Of a DNA stretch of 32,000 nucleotides, positions 20,247 through 30,527 are shown in pieces (positions within the stretch are counted from its first letter, which is position 1; each line of letters begins with the position of its first letter). A program made the position numbers and the translations under genes. The stretch lies in NCBI GenBank assembly GCA_002794465.1, contig MTSL01000150.1, forward strand, positions 119,448-151,447, written 5' to 3'. The DNA is from Paramicrosporidium saccamoebae KSL3 (taxonomy: Eukaryota; Fungi; Cryptomycota). The notes under the pieces were generated by a model. The model was not told the DNA's origin and did no database searches. It worked only from the letters and a program-made list of their open reading frames with translations.

Positions 20247-21612
20247 TTAAAAAAAATTCGCAAAGATGGGAATCTGCGGCTTCCTCAATTCTAAAATACC
20301 ACCCAGCTCTGGTTCACAGCATCCAACAAAGCAAGACTCTCCATCGGGACTGTAACTGACGCCAGATGTTTCGCCGAAAAAATCAACAGTTGAAGAATAT
20401 CGGAAATCACGGGCTACATTGTAGAAAGAGACAAAATCGCTCTCCTCCATGACAGTAAGACTATCGCCAGTGGGAGAGAAGCACACCTGCCGAACGGCAG
20501 CCATCCGTGATCCCAGCACATGCAATGTCTCAGATTTCCTGATGTCAAATATGCGACAGGTGTGATCCTCGTTACCCGAGGCAAGCAGGCTTCCTGAGGG
20601 ATCCCAGTCCAACGAAAAGGAAAAGCCAATATGACCAGACAATACCTGTACTGACTGTTCTGTCCTGACATCAACAATATCTACATTGATTGAATCGCTG
20701 GCAACGGCCATAACCCTTCCATCTGGAGACATCTTTGCCGCATTTATGGCAACATCTCTCCTGATGAGGGGGATGACCTTGTCACTCTCTGCGTCATACA
20801 TGCGTACATACGAGTCATTGGAGGAGACTAGAAACCTCTCTACAGATGAGCCAAGTAGCGGCTGGTACCAGGAAATGCATCATGATATGGTGTTATGTGA
20901 TTCGTAATGCCGTTCTCATCATTGGTCATCCTTCGAATATGAAAAGTGTCCTCTCCCTCCTCCAATTCTTCCCCCTTAAATACCGAACTGCGCATGATCA
21001 ACTCTCCATAGAATCCGCCCGCAATAATCAACTCAGGTGTGGCACAGAGCGTACTAATGCGACTATGTGCCCCCACCAACTGTCTAAAATTGATTCTTCG
21101 CCCATCTTCATTTGCAGTGGGATTCCACACCATCACTCCCCCACCATCTACCGCATTAGCCGGCTCACCAAGTTACAAGTATAATAAACACTGGACAGCG
21201 TTGGGGCGCTGACCAAGTGCCTCAACTGGAAATGCTGTGTTGAGCAAGGAGTTCTATTCCGGTATGAAAATGCATATATCGGCGGCTCCTCTGCTTCAGT
21301 CTCTTGCAAGTCCTCTCCAATGTATATGGGAGGCTCACGACGCATCTCCAGGTGAGCATACTCTCGCATCCGTTGCAACCGGTAGTCGGCGCGCGTCATG
21401 CGGGCACTCTCCCAAGGAATTCCTTGAATGTCCATTCCCAGACGGTTGGAGGGCGTGGCACGGGATGATATTGGAGGCTAGGGAATGAGATGTTTAGGTG
21501 ACAATGGGGACCATACCACGGGCGGAGAACCTACTCTAGAGTCGTCCAATATCAGTAATGTTTCATCTATAATCAGCCAATATGATAGAGTACCGTCGGG
21601 AAATTCATCCAT
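20247..21612 (-). CDS. WD40 repeat protein of the S. pombe C2A9.03-like family; introns 21148-21176 and 20840-20868; start uncertain (21612 via extra introns, or 21435)
   Basis: DIQGIPW and QHFQLRHLV N-terminal motifs, then VSSNDSYVRMYD, GHIGFSFSLDWDPSG and LASGNEDHTCRIFDIR. Two 29-nt introns keep the frame. Confidence 0.85.
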
Positions 21613-21659
21613 AAAGTATATTCGGCAATAATCCAGATGCGCAGCTCAGGGGCTGGACG

Positions 21660-23560
21660 ATGCAGCAGCAAGGTGGACTGGTGCCGTCCGGACGGGTCGT
21701 CTATGACGGCAAGCGGATGCGCAAAGCAATTACGCGGCGCACCATTGACCATTGCGCATCTATTATGCGCTATCTCGAAGACAGTGTGGGCGTCACGGGA
21801 CGAGGGGTTTTGCACAAGAGACTCTATGCCAGTTTGCAGGCTACACCCGACCACATAATAAATGTACGTCGTCTGTCTGTGTCGTAACTAAGATTAGTTA
21901 TTACCACCGCTGGCGTACCCGGAGAATCCAATTAATGCCGTGACCACAAAGTTTGTTCACTTGTCCCTCAACAAGCAACGGTGTCCCATTAATGCTGTTC
22001 GGGTAGGAGCATGTCCATTATTACTAATGTTTCTAGTGGACGCCAGATGGAAGGAGACTGCTGACGGGAACTTCTACGGGCGAATTCACCCTGTGGAATG
22101 GCATGACATTTAACTTTGAGACTATCCTGCAGGCGCATGACTCGGCAATCCGGGCAATGAGCTGGAGCCACAATGGCAACTTTCTCGCCACCGGCGATCA
22201 TGGCGGTGTCATAAAGATTTGGCAACCTTCCATGAACAATCTCAAAATCCTACCCGGACACAAGGAGCCCGTGCGGCAGGTGACCTTTTCCCCTAACGAT
22301 GCCAAATTTGCCTCTTGCTCTGATGACGGAACAGTAAAGATTTGGGATTTTGGCGAGATGCTTGAGGAACGCACACTGACGGGCCACGGATGGGATGTAA
22401 AGACGATCCATTGGCATCCATTCAAGGCCTTGCTCGCCTCGGGCAGCAAGGACAATCTCGTAAAATTATGGGACCCCAAAAGCGGAAGTAATATTGCCAC
22501 CGTGCACGGCCACAAGAACACAATTTTGGATGTCAAATGGAACAGAAATGGAAATTGGCTACTCACCTCCAGCAAGGACCAAATTGTCAAACTCTTTGAT
22601 ATCCGAACGCTGAAGGAGATTCAGACTTATAGAGCGCACAAGAAGGAAGTCAACGCGGTGGCTTGGCATCCAGTACATGAAACGCTCTTTGCCAGTGGCG
22701 GTGCGGAGGGAGCAATTTACTTTCATCTCGATAACCAAGAGGAGCCGGTTGGGGCCTTGGAGGGAGCACATGATGGAATTGTGTGGACTCTGGATTGGCA
22801 TCCGCTTGGACATGTCCTCACATCCGGTTCAGCGGACTGTTCGGCTCGTTTCTGGAGCAGACATCGGCCAGGAGACACTGTGCAAGACAAATTTACTCTT
22901 GGAAAGCAGGCTGCAGAGGCGTTGGGCATTATGGAGCCGACCATCAACCAACAACAGGAGGAGGATGATGAAGCACTCCCTGGACTGGGTTCAGATCGAC
23001 GACCAGGTCCACCGCGTCCACCGTCCTCAGGTGGGAGTCGAGCCATGCCGCATCCCACATGGCGGCCCCCTCCCAATATGAGACCGTTTTCGGTTCCATC
23101 GGGAATGCCACCCATGCCGCCCGGAATGCCGCCCATGCCTCCGGGAATGATGCGTCCTCCTCCAGGCATGTTTCCCGGAATGCGGCCAGGCTATGATAGG
23201 GACATGTCTCGTCGCCATCCCTCTAATGCCGATTCCAGATACAGTCAGCATGACTCGCATAATCCGCCGCCGCATAACCCACCACCGCATGATTCTCGCC
23301 ATCAATCGCATGATTCCAGATATCCGTCCCATGACCCAAGATATCCTCCGCCGCATGATTCAAGATATCCTCCGTCGCACGATTCGAGATATCCCCCGCC
23401 ACCTGATCCAAGATATCCTCCACCACACGACCCAAGATATCCCCCTCCCCATGACTCAAGGCATCCACCGCCTCCGCACGATCCAAGATATCCTCCACCG
23501 CCCCCACCAGACCATCGGTATTCACAACATCCGCCTAGTCATCATCGGCGGAGACACTAA
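21660..23560 (+). CDS. WDR33: Pre-mRNA 3'-end processing factor WDR33/Pfs2, 610 aa; exons 21660-21863, 21898-22002, 22037-23560
   Basis: Motifs [36 protein letters not shown] and [12 protein letters not shown]. Both introns are 34 nt. Confidence 0.95.
23231..23530. repeat. Coding tandem repeat, ~11 units of D(S/P)R(Y/H)PPPH (~24 bp)
   Basis: Seen in the WDR33 C-terminus; codons vary synonymously between units. Confidence 0.9.
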
Positions 23561-23643
23561 GTCCTTAGTACATAATCACTCTTTTATAGAGACTCTTTGT
23601 AAAATGTACAATGTCCAAATATGGCATTTAGAAATGTTTGGGT

Positions 23644-24106
23644 ATGGAGGACGTTAGTCTTGAGAATGATGCTGCTGGTCGCACCAGAAATGTTACGGGC
23701 ACGCTTCGTCAACAAAATGATAGGGAAGTGCGATCCGTTCGGTTTGGTAGGCTGTAGGGCCGCTTGTAATCCTGTAGGTCCGCGAGAAGACGCACTGCTC
23801 TCCATTGCCATGCTCTGTGTCTCCATTCTCCTTACCCACCTTCCCATCTATCTAATGGCACCGTCTGCCTGGCGCGTTTACATCTCCTCCAACCAGTACC
23901 TGGTGGGTGGGCTGCTCTACATGTGGTTAACAGGCTACATGATCATCTCCTTTGTCATTTACCACCAATTCGAACGAACCGAACGATATCCCGCCGATGA
24001 TTACTACATAATGTCTGAGGGAAGCGGTGCAGCCATGCCCGAGCTGTTGGTGTTACCGGATGGACGGCTCGCCGTAGGCGCATGTATAGGTACTATCAAG
24101 ACGTAA
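23644..24106 (+). CDS. Hypothetical two-TM membrane protein, ~143 aa; exons 23644-23746, 23778-24106; may extend further 3'
   Basis: ATG 23644 (MEDVSLEN) plus a 31-nt GT-AG intron at 23747-23777 joins the hydrophobic frame (LLSIAMLCVSILL; LVGGLLYMWLTGYMIISFVIY). Confidence 0.55.
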
Positions 24107-24130
24107 CACAATACAGTCATCATTGGTCCA

Positions 24131-24350
24131 TTTGCGGCATATCGTGAGAGATCCCATTATGTGTGGTGTGCAAGCAGGGCTGTTTATTCAACGAGAGTAC
24201 TGCCTACGTGTCGGCTGTAGGTAACAGTTAATGATTGGTAAAAGGGCTGCAGGACTGTCAATCACCCACATTACGGATATTGCAAAATGTGCATATATCC
24301 TTGGGTTGTTTGCGGCATATCGCAAGAGATCTCATTGTGTGCAGTGTAGA
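24131..24350. repeat. 42-bp imperfect direct repeat (24131-24172 and 24309-24350)
   Basis: 34 of 42 positions are identical; copies are 178 bp apart. Confidence 0.8.
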
Positions 24351-24359
24351 CATAATTGT

Positions 24360-25502
24360 TTATTTGCGGTAATACGTTGCGAGAAAGGCTGCCTTTTCAC
24401 GCAAAGAGAGACTTACACTGCGGACATGTAATAGGAGCGACATTATGTCAGAAGTTTTAGAGTTGAATGTTTCATCCTCAGGAGTCGGCACATGTCCGTT
24501 GCTGTAGATGGAGGTGGAGCAGATCCATTTAACATTCATCACATTATACCACTGTCGGCAATGAGTTGCAAAAAATTTTAGCATATCAATGCTGCCAGTG
24601 AGCGCCAAGGTGGGCATGAAGGAGCCACTACTCATCAGATACTTCATCCCGACAATATGGATCCGTTGATTCTTTGGCAGATGCGACAAGTCGGCAGTGA
24701 ATGGGAGCAGCGCCCTTCCGTTGCTAGTGGTTCCCTACAAATTACGTGGTTACTTTCAGTGGGTACTTCAGGAAAGACCACTACCGGTCCATGGGCTGAT
24801 TCCACAAACTTGGAAAGCTCGGTGGCATGGCCGTGCTCCACAGCTCCGGGATTTACATGATTGAAGAATGCAAACCATCGAGAGCACGCCGTCACCTTTC
24901 CTGTCTCGGCATTGGTGGTGGTAAAGGTTGGCGAATATCTACGTCTGTCAACCAACAAACTACAAGTCTACTTCATGCAGAGGTAGATGATATCAACAGG
25001 CGATTGACTGTTGCAGATTACTATATCGCCCGAATGAACGTCCTCTTCGCCTGATGCACCCCGCTTCGCCAACGTTAATGACAACTCCTCACTGGGTCGG
25101 AATGTCATGCGTTTGCAGGGAATCGAAATGTAGCCCAGTGTGAACAGCACCAATCGTCCGAAAACGTTGTCTATGATTCGGAGAATTGAGAATCCCAACC
25201 TGGGAGCTACAAGCTGATAGTCAGAATGGAATTGTAGCTACCATGACCATTTGCACAAGTACTAGCGAGACGAGCCAGTTGGCAATCAGGGCAACGAGAA
25301 TTGGCAACCGGAAAGATGCCAGACCGAGTCCTACAATCTGGTAGACACCATCAACAATGGTTCGCTCTCGCGAGGCCTACACATAATTTATATGCTTATC
25401 CAGTATACAGTGACGGGAAGGAATGGATGTATTCCCGTAGAAGGGTCCTAAACATGAGCGTCCATAACGTGTTCATACCCGCCAAGTCGTAAACTTTTCC
25501 AT
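24360..25502 (-). CDS. LOA1: Lysophosphatidic acid acyltransferase Loa1/Vps66-like; five short introns
   Basis: The spliced N-terminus MEKFTTWR|DPSTGIHPFLP matches the yeast Loa1/Vps66 start. Also IVICNSQSPVD and PVVVFPE|GTTSNGR, the latter across a 32-nt intron. Confidence 0.88.
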
Positions 25503-25523
25503 AATCAATTTCCCGTAAACTGC

Positions 25524-27227
25524 ATGATACCGGAGCCTTTTGATGCGAGTCTGTTCCTTGAGCTGCTGTTTTCTGGAGGCACGCTAGAAGAGCAGCTCGC
25601 TAAATTAAAGGAGCTTAACAAGAAGGTATTTTAACGGACAGTGCTGATGGATAGGCTGTATTTATAGTTCCGGGTCGGGAGTCGAGCTGGATGGAGGATG
25701 CAGCCACATTGGCAGCTCATTTCAAGGACACTTGCTTCCTAGTCACATCAGTTGATGAGGAAAACGTGCAGAAGGTCGTCTCACTTGCTGGCCGACTCGG
25801 TCTTGTAAGCGAGTACGCAATGTTTGCATGTCGGAGATTGTAGGTCCAAGGTCGTGTTATGGGATGCTTGCACAGTGGATGATCCTGAGAAATTGGATCA
25901 GTTTCCCGAGCTCTCAAATGTGCCAAAGAATGAGTATCCTGTAGAGTCCACGTTTTCCATTGACACTGATAATCTCGACGCTCGAGTTGTTGTGCTTGAT
26001 GCAAGTCATTTACCGGGAGACAGTCACGTCAGACCAGCCTCGAGTGTGGATTCTTTCATGGTTTCCTCGTAACAGTACTCAGAAAGTGCTCATCGTTAGA
26101 CCTGACATTAGCCCCTGGCGTGATACATTGCTAGCTAAACTGCGTGATCCTGCCGCCGCTCCCATCGTCAAAGAAATCAAAAAGTACGGCTACGCAACCT
26201 TGCTATATCTCTAGACTGCTGAAATTCTTGGGACTGAACAACATTTCTACAGAGAATAAATCCAGGACAGTGCAGAGATTCTTTGAGGATATTCGCAGCA
26301 TGTTGGATGTCAATCCTGCTTGGATCGGTATTGAAAAGGACGAGCTGGACGGTTCAGTAGATGTGATGGAAAAGTATATTTTCAGCAAGTGCTTCAGTAT
26401 GGTCTATCAGCCGGCCGATTTGGACGATGCTGTGCAGGACCGTCTCTTTGTGGAAAAGATTGAGCATCTTAAGGGAGTCGTTTCCTTTTCTTCTCTGTGC
26501 TCTGAGGCCGTTGGGGAGCCCACTTTGGAAGCCTACAAGGACCCGATTGCGGCGTTGGAGCTGACGGGACAAGTCGAGTCTCCCTACGAAAAGCTCGATT
26601 GCTTGCTTTCGTTTGTGAAAGGAATCGCTTCAAGCAATAACGAGGCCAGCTCCGATCTGTTGATTCCCATCATTGTTTGGATCATAATAGAGCAGATTCC
26701 ACACAATCTCATTTCCAATGTCCGATATATCCAACGGTACAGGGACCATTCACGACTCTCTGGCGAAGCAGCATTCTGTCTCACAAATATTGTACTCGCA
26801 CAACGTCCACCAATGTGTTTAGATTGCTGCGATTACAACGATTGAAAAGTTGCATTCTGAGCAGGTCAGCTCGACCACTCCCATCTACAGTATGCTGGCG
26901 TCACAGGATGCCCTGTCCAAGGAACCAAAGCCACTGTCTGACGTGGCCAGCACGTTTATGAATACCATTGGCTTTGTTCCGCGGGCCATTGGCAGCGCAG
27001 TGGTTGACACGTTCCGCTCCAGGAGCAGCAGAGCCTCATCGGCCGCGGCATCTAAGGAAGTTTCCGCAGGAGCCTCGCCTGCCACAGAACCTGCCAATTT
27101 TGCGGCTTTACATCCTGAAATTAGACGATTGCGCGAAAAGGTTCTTGCCACTGACGATATTCGTAGTCTATCGCTGGGTGAAATCCAGCAGATCATTCAA
27201 GATTATCGCAACTTGCTACGCTCATAA
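25524..27227 (+). CDS. VPS9-domain Rab5-family GEF, 516 aa; exons 25524-25625, 25655-25812, 25844-26068, 26100-26183, 26215-26791, 26823-27227
   Basis: Helical bundle LAKLRDPAAAPIVKEIK, plus SPYEKLDCL, SSDLLIPIIVWII and LSGEAAFCLTNI|IAAI. Introns of 29, 31, 31, 31 and 31 nt all keep the frame. Confidence 0.88.
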
Positions 27228-27236
27228 AGCACTTTA

Positions 27237-28523
27237 TTATTGTCTCACGTGTTTTTTTGTTCGACTCAAATTTCTTCCCTGATTATGATCCATTTTGCGT
27301 GGTAATTCCATGGAGAATGGCATGAAGCTATTCCGATAGTTATCAGTTTCGGGGAGAATGTTTGGCATCGTAATCGGCACGCTCCTGAATCTTTTTCCCG
27401 GTTGTAATACTGTCCCTTTGTGATGAAGATCTTCTGGAACAGAAAGTCTATTCCAATCCACAGGTTCCTGTCTAAGAGGCAACATAGGGTCAACTTTCGT
27501 TTCAATGATTTTAGGGACATTGGACAGGTCTTCTTGGCGAGGAACTTTTCGAGAGCCGAAACTCGTTTTTTCATTCATAGAGCCATCAGACGATTTTGCT
27601 TTCTTGCGTGAAGATGATGAACCCGCGGATAGCCTTTCCCGGCTCCTCTTTTCCTCTTTGAAATTTGAAACTGACGATTCATACAAACCATTCGTACTGT
27701 ATCTGCCTGAATCCAAACGGATGTCTCCACCACGGGCTGCATCTTTAGCGTGTATGTTGCCGATTTCAAGCTGCCACATCCCTCTTATAAGAGCATCATG
27801 CAAAACATCAATCTCATCGGGCGACCCAATTGTCGTCGTCGTTGTTGTAGCAGTAGTAAAGGGCTTGTTGGGGGAGCGTTTGCTTAAATGCTCAGGAGCA
27901 GCACTCCGATAATGCGGCCCTGGAGATGTCACGAGCGACTCGGATGAGCTTGACGCTTTATTGGATCCAGCGTCCCATTTTTCTTCAAAAGACTTCCACC
28001 AGGAAGGCCCTGATGATGCTCTGCTCCGCGACTCTTCTTTCGTTCCGTTATCAGGATCCTTTGTCTCGCTAGCAGTCTTCTCTACTTTGTTCCCATTCCT
28101 TCTTGGTATGTCCTCAAACCAAAATACGTGCTCAGAGGAGCTCCCATGGTCAAAACTGTGTCCGCCAGAAGTCGAGTCCTTTAATTCCTCCCCACGTGCC
28201 TTGAGTGTTTTACGGATATTGCTTAATGAGTCTGCGTTATCATAAAAAGATCGCCCCTCGATATCCGAGATTTGTTCCCGGGTAATCATTCTTTTATAGA
28301 AGCTCAATGGTAGTTGTGTTAAATCGTTTTCGGTACACTCGCCGAATTGGATTCTGTCGAGAGTGACACCAGGAGGGAGAAGGTCTTGCATACTCGCAAT
28401 CGTGCTGATACGTTTTCCATTGGCAAAAAGAGCTACCTTACCCTGCAGCTGGTTAATGTATAGGATGCCATGGCATGGCACGAGGCATAGCGCCAGACCG
28501 AGCAGCAAGAAAAAATGATCCAT
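27237..28523 (-). CDS. Secreted orphan-family protein P1, 428 aa
   Basis: Intronless ORF with signal peptide-like MDHFFLLLGLALCLVPCHG, core RIQFGECTENDLTQLPLSFYK and a low-complexity S/T/K/E tail. Confidence 0.85.
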   Translation of the reverse strand: MDHFFLLLGLALCLVPCHGILYINQLQGKVALFANGKRISTIASMQDLLPPGVTLDRIQFGECTENDLTQLPLSFYKRMITREQISDIEGRSFYDNADSLSNIRKTLKARGEELKDSTSGGHSFDHGSSSEHVFWFEDIPRRNGNKVEKTASETKDPDNGTKEESRSRASSGPSWWKSFEEKWDAGSNKASSSSESLVTSPGPHYRSAAPEHLSKRSPNKPFTTATTTTTTIGSPDEIDVLHDALIRGMWQLEIGNIHAKDAARGGDIRLDSGRYSTNGLYESSVSNFKEEKRSRERLSAGSSSSRKKAKSSDGSMNEKTSFGSRKVPRQEDLSNVPKIIETKVDPMLPLRQEPVDWNRLSVPEDLHHKGTVLQPGKRFRSVPITMPNILPETDNYRNSFMPFSMELPRKMDHNQGRNLSRTKKHVRQ

Positions 28524-29127
28524 GACCCCCGGGGCTCATAAATTGCACACTTATTGACTCTGCAACCTGACATTGTGGCTACAGCTGGAAATGCCAGTTG
28601 TAGCTTTTATAATCAAATTAAAGCGTATATTTCTAGGGATGCTGGGTTTTAAAAGTCGAGTTGCGATTAGATCCATTTATCACATCGGCCGTCACTATCG
28701 CCGGATAGGCCAGACATGGTGGAGGTAGCAAGTTAGAAGCTTCAGCAGAGGCTCGTGGCTCTATTTCAGTAGTGAAATGTGCATTTAAGCCTATCCACTA
28801 CGACATATGCTTGCAGCATACTGCTCACTCTACCACACAACAGTTTCGCCTGTGGCAAAAGAAATACTCTACCTGAACAATTTTAGTTGGTCTTGGATTC
28901 GAGATTGGGTCTACGTTGAAATGCACTATCAGTGTCTGTCTTTTCACTTTTACGCCAATCAATTGATAAATCGCCTCGCCAAATATACATGATACTCTGT
29001 ATCAACGCAAATGGAGGACTATACTACGTCTTATCTAGTCACTTACCGTGTTTTATTCGCCGTGTGCTACCTCTTTGAATCAGTGACTGAACATCTATCT
29101 TTATGGAATTGACCAGACATTATCCGT

Positions 29128-29880
29128 CTACATTTCAAGCTCGAATTGCATATCTTCTCCTAAAGACGGACGCCTGCTTCCAAGCTTTCTGGGACTGTAA
29201 TGGGATGGTGCTGTGTGGGCAGTAGTGTACCTTCGATTCACATCTCCGACAGGATTGTAAGCTCCAAGGGAAGCGCTGGCTGAGCCGAAATTACCCCCAA
29301 CATTTACTTCGGGCCATAAAAAGGTCGTTGTTTGCTGGACAGGAGATGGAATATTTGTCGTTGACTCTTCTAAAGGCGACATGCGACGCTTGCTAACAGG
29401 ATTTGTATCCTTCCCCTGGAACCCATTATTCTCTCGATTCTGCTTAGTTTTATGTGGCACCAGGTGAGACTTTGGAAACTTGGCCCTTTTTTCTTGGCTG
29501 CCGTCCCGAACTGGGTGTTCAATTGGTCTTTTTGGAGCTTCTTTCAGGCCGCGATCGAGAAATTCCATCTCTACGAGTTCTCTCACGCCCGCAGCATTGG
29601 GGCTTTTCATTAGAAACATGCATTTCAATTGCTGAATCTGGCCATCGCTAGCGGATTTAAAAAAGTCTTTGGGCAGCCAAAGCAGTTCATTAACAGTGGC
29701 GAGTGCAAAGTCAATCTTGCCCAGGGCTAAACCAGGCGGCACAAAGTTTTGAAAGTCTTCGACGGTAGCCATGGCTTCGGTCAGGTCAAACATTCTTGTC
29801 TCCATACGCCCCAAATTATTCAGTACCTGGCCCATTAATAAAGCCGATGCTATCGAAAAGTAGCCAAAGACAGCAAGCAT
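29128..29880 (-). CDS. Secreted orphan-family protein P2, 250 aa from ATG 29880 (in-frame ATGs also at 29904 and 29922)
   Basis: Short hydrophobic N-terminus MLAVFGYFSIASALL, core KIDFALATVNELLWLPKDFFK and a low-complexity tail. Confidence 0.8.
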   Translation of the reverse strand: MLAVFGYFSIASALLMGQVLNNLGRMETRMFDLTEAMATVEDFQNFVPPGLALGKIDFALATVNELLWLPKDFFKSASDGQIQQLKCMFLMKSPNAAGVRELVEMEFLDRGLKEAPKRPIEHPVRDGSQEKRAKFPKSHLVPHKTKQNRENNGFQGKDTNPVSKRRMSPLEESTTNIPSPVQQTTTFLWPEVNVGGNFGSASASLGAYNPVGDVNRRYTTAHTAPSHYSPRKLGSRRPSLGEDMQFELEM

Positions 29881-30099
29881 TGTGCCTGCCTGAACTGTCA
29901 ACATTTTTGAGAACCCTGGCATGTGCTTCCCGGGCCCTTTGGATGATAGGTTGACAGCTTTCAAACTGCCCGACTCTCATTGGTCGGTAGCAAGTCAACG
30001 GTCGGCAAGATTGTAAAAGTGGATGGTTGATAAAAATATAAAAATGGACGGGTGGCCATAATATACAAGGTAGATGATCGGTTGATGATGATGAAAAAA

Positions 30100-30181
30100 G
30101 TGGGCGATTGATAATACAAAGCTTGGATGGTTGATAGTGGCAAAAAGAGTGTGCGATTGATAATGCAAAACTTGGACGGTT
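30100..30181. repeat. 33-bp direct repeat, 49-bp period
   Basis: gtgggcgattgataatacaaagcttggatggtt (30100-30132) versus gtgtgcgattgataatgcaaaacttggacggtt (30149-30181): 4 mismatches. Confidence 0.85.
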
Positions 30182-30401
30182 TGTGACGTAGAAGACTGAT
30201 TAGTATGTCTTTTGGAAATAGTTCTCTAGTTTGGAGAAGGGATAATCAGAACAATCGATGAAGGATAATGAGATCTATATCTTACCATTTGAGGATTATT
30301 ACTATGCAACTCGGGAGACTATAAAAGGGCTATTGGATTAAAAATGAGCGGGTTCTCTTCCCGCTTGAAAAAGTCCGTAGTATTATCCCCACTACGCGAC
30401 A
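30182..30401 (+). mobile_element. Solo-LTR-like dispersed element, copy C (220 bp) with 4-bp TSD GGTT
   Basis: Termini TGTGACGTAG...CTACGCGACA form an 8/10 inverted repeat. GGTT lies at 30178-30181 and 30402-30405, and TATAAAAG at 30320-30327. Confidence 0.85.
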
Positions 30402-30527
30402 GGTTGATACTATAAAGATTGACGAATGAAAACACAAAAAATGGACAAAGGATCAGGACAGAGCTTTTAGTCACCTGCGATCACGCTATAGAAAAGGGCA
30501 TGCAATGTTTTTATACAAAACGAATGG

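Noticed and set aside
22723-23525. Several 100-150 aa antisense or alternative-frame ORFs over the WDR33 tail
   Set aside because: They are shadows of the Pro-rich 24-bp coding repeat, which lacks stops in other frames.
9940-28540. Microsporidian-type CCC/GGG motif upstream of start codons (for example in the LOA1/VPS9 gap and before LYAR and P1)
   Set aside because: It is absent before several other starts, and a trinucleotide is too frequent to judge by eye.
28807-28992. 61-aa ORF faintly reminiscent of an integrase zinc-binding region
   Set aside because: No proper HHCC spacing and no DDE domain nearby; too short to support a call.
4652-30181. CRISPR-like reading of the short direct repeats (15, 33, 42 bp and the 1651-1752 units)
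   Set aside because: Only 2-3 degenerate units each, no unique equal-length spacers, no cas genes, and a eukaryotic context.
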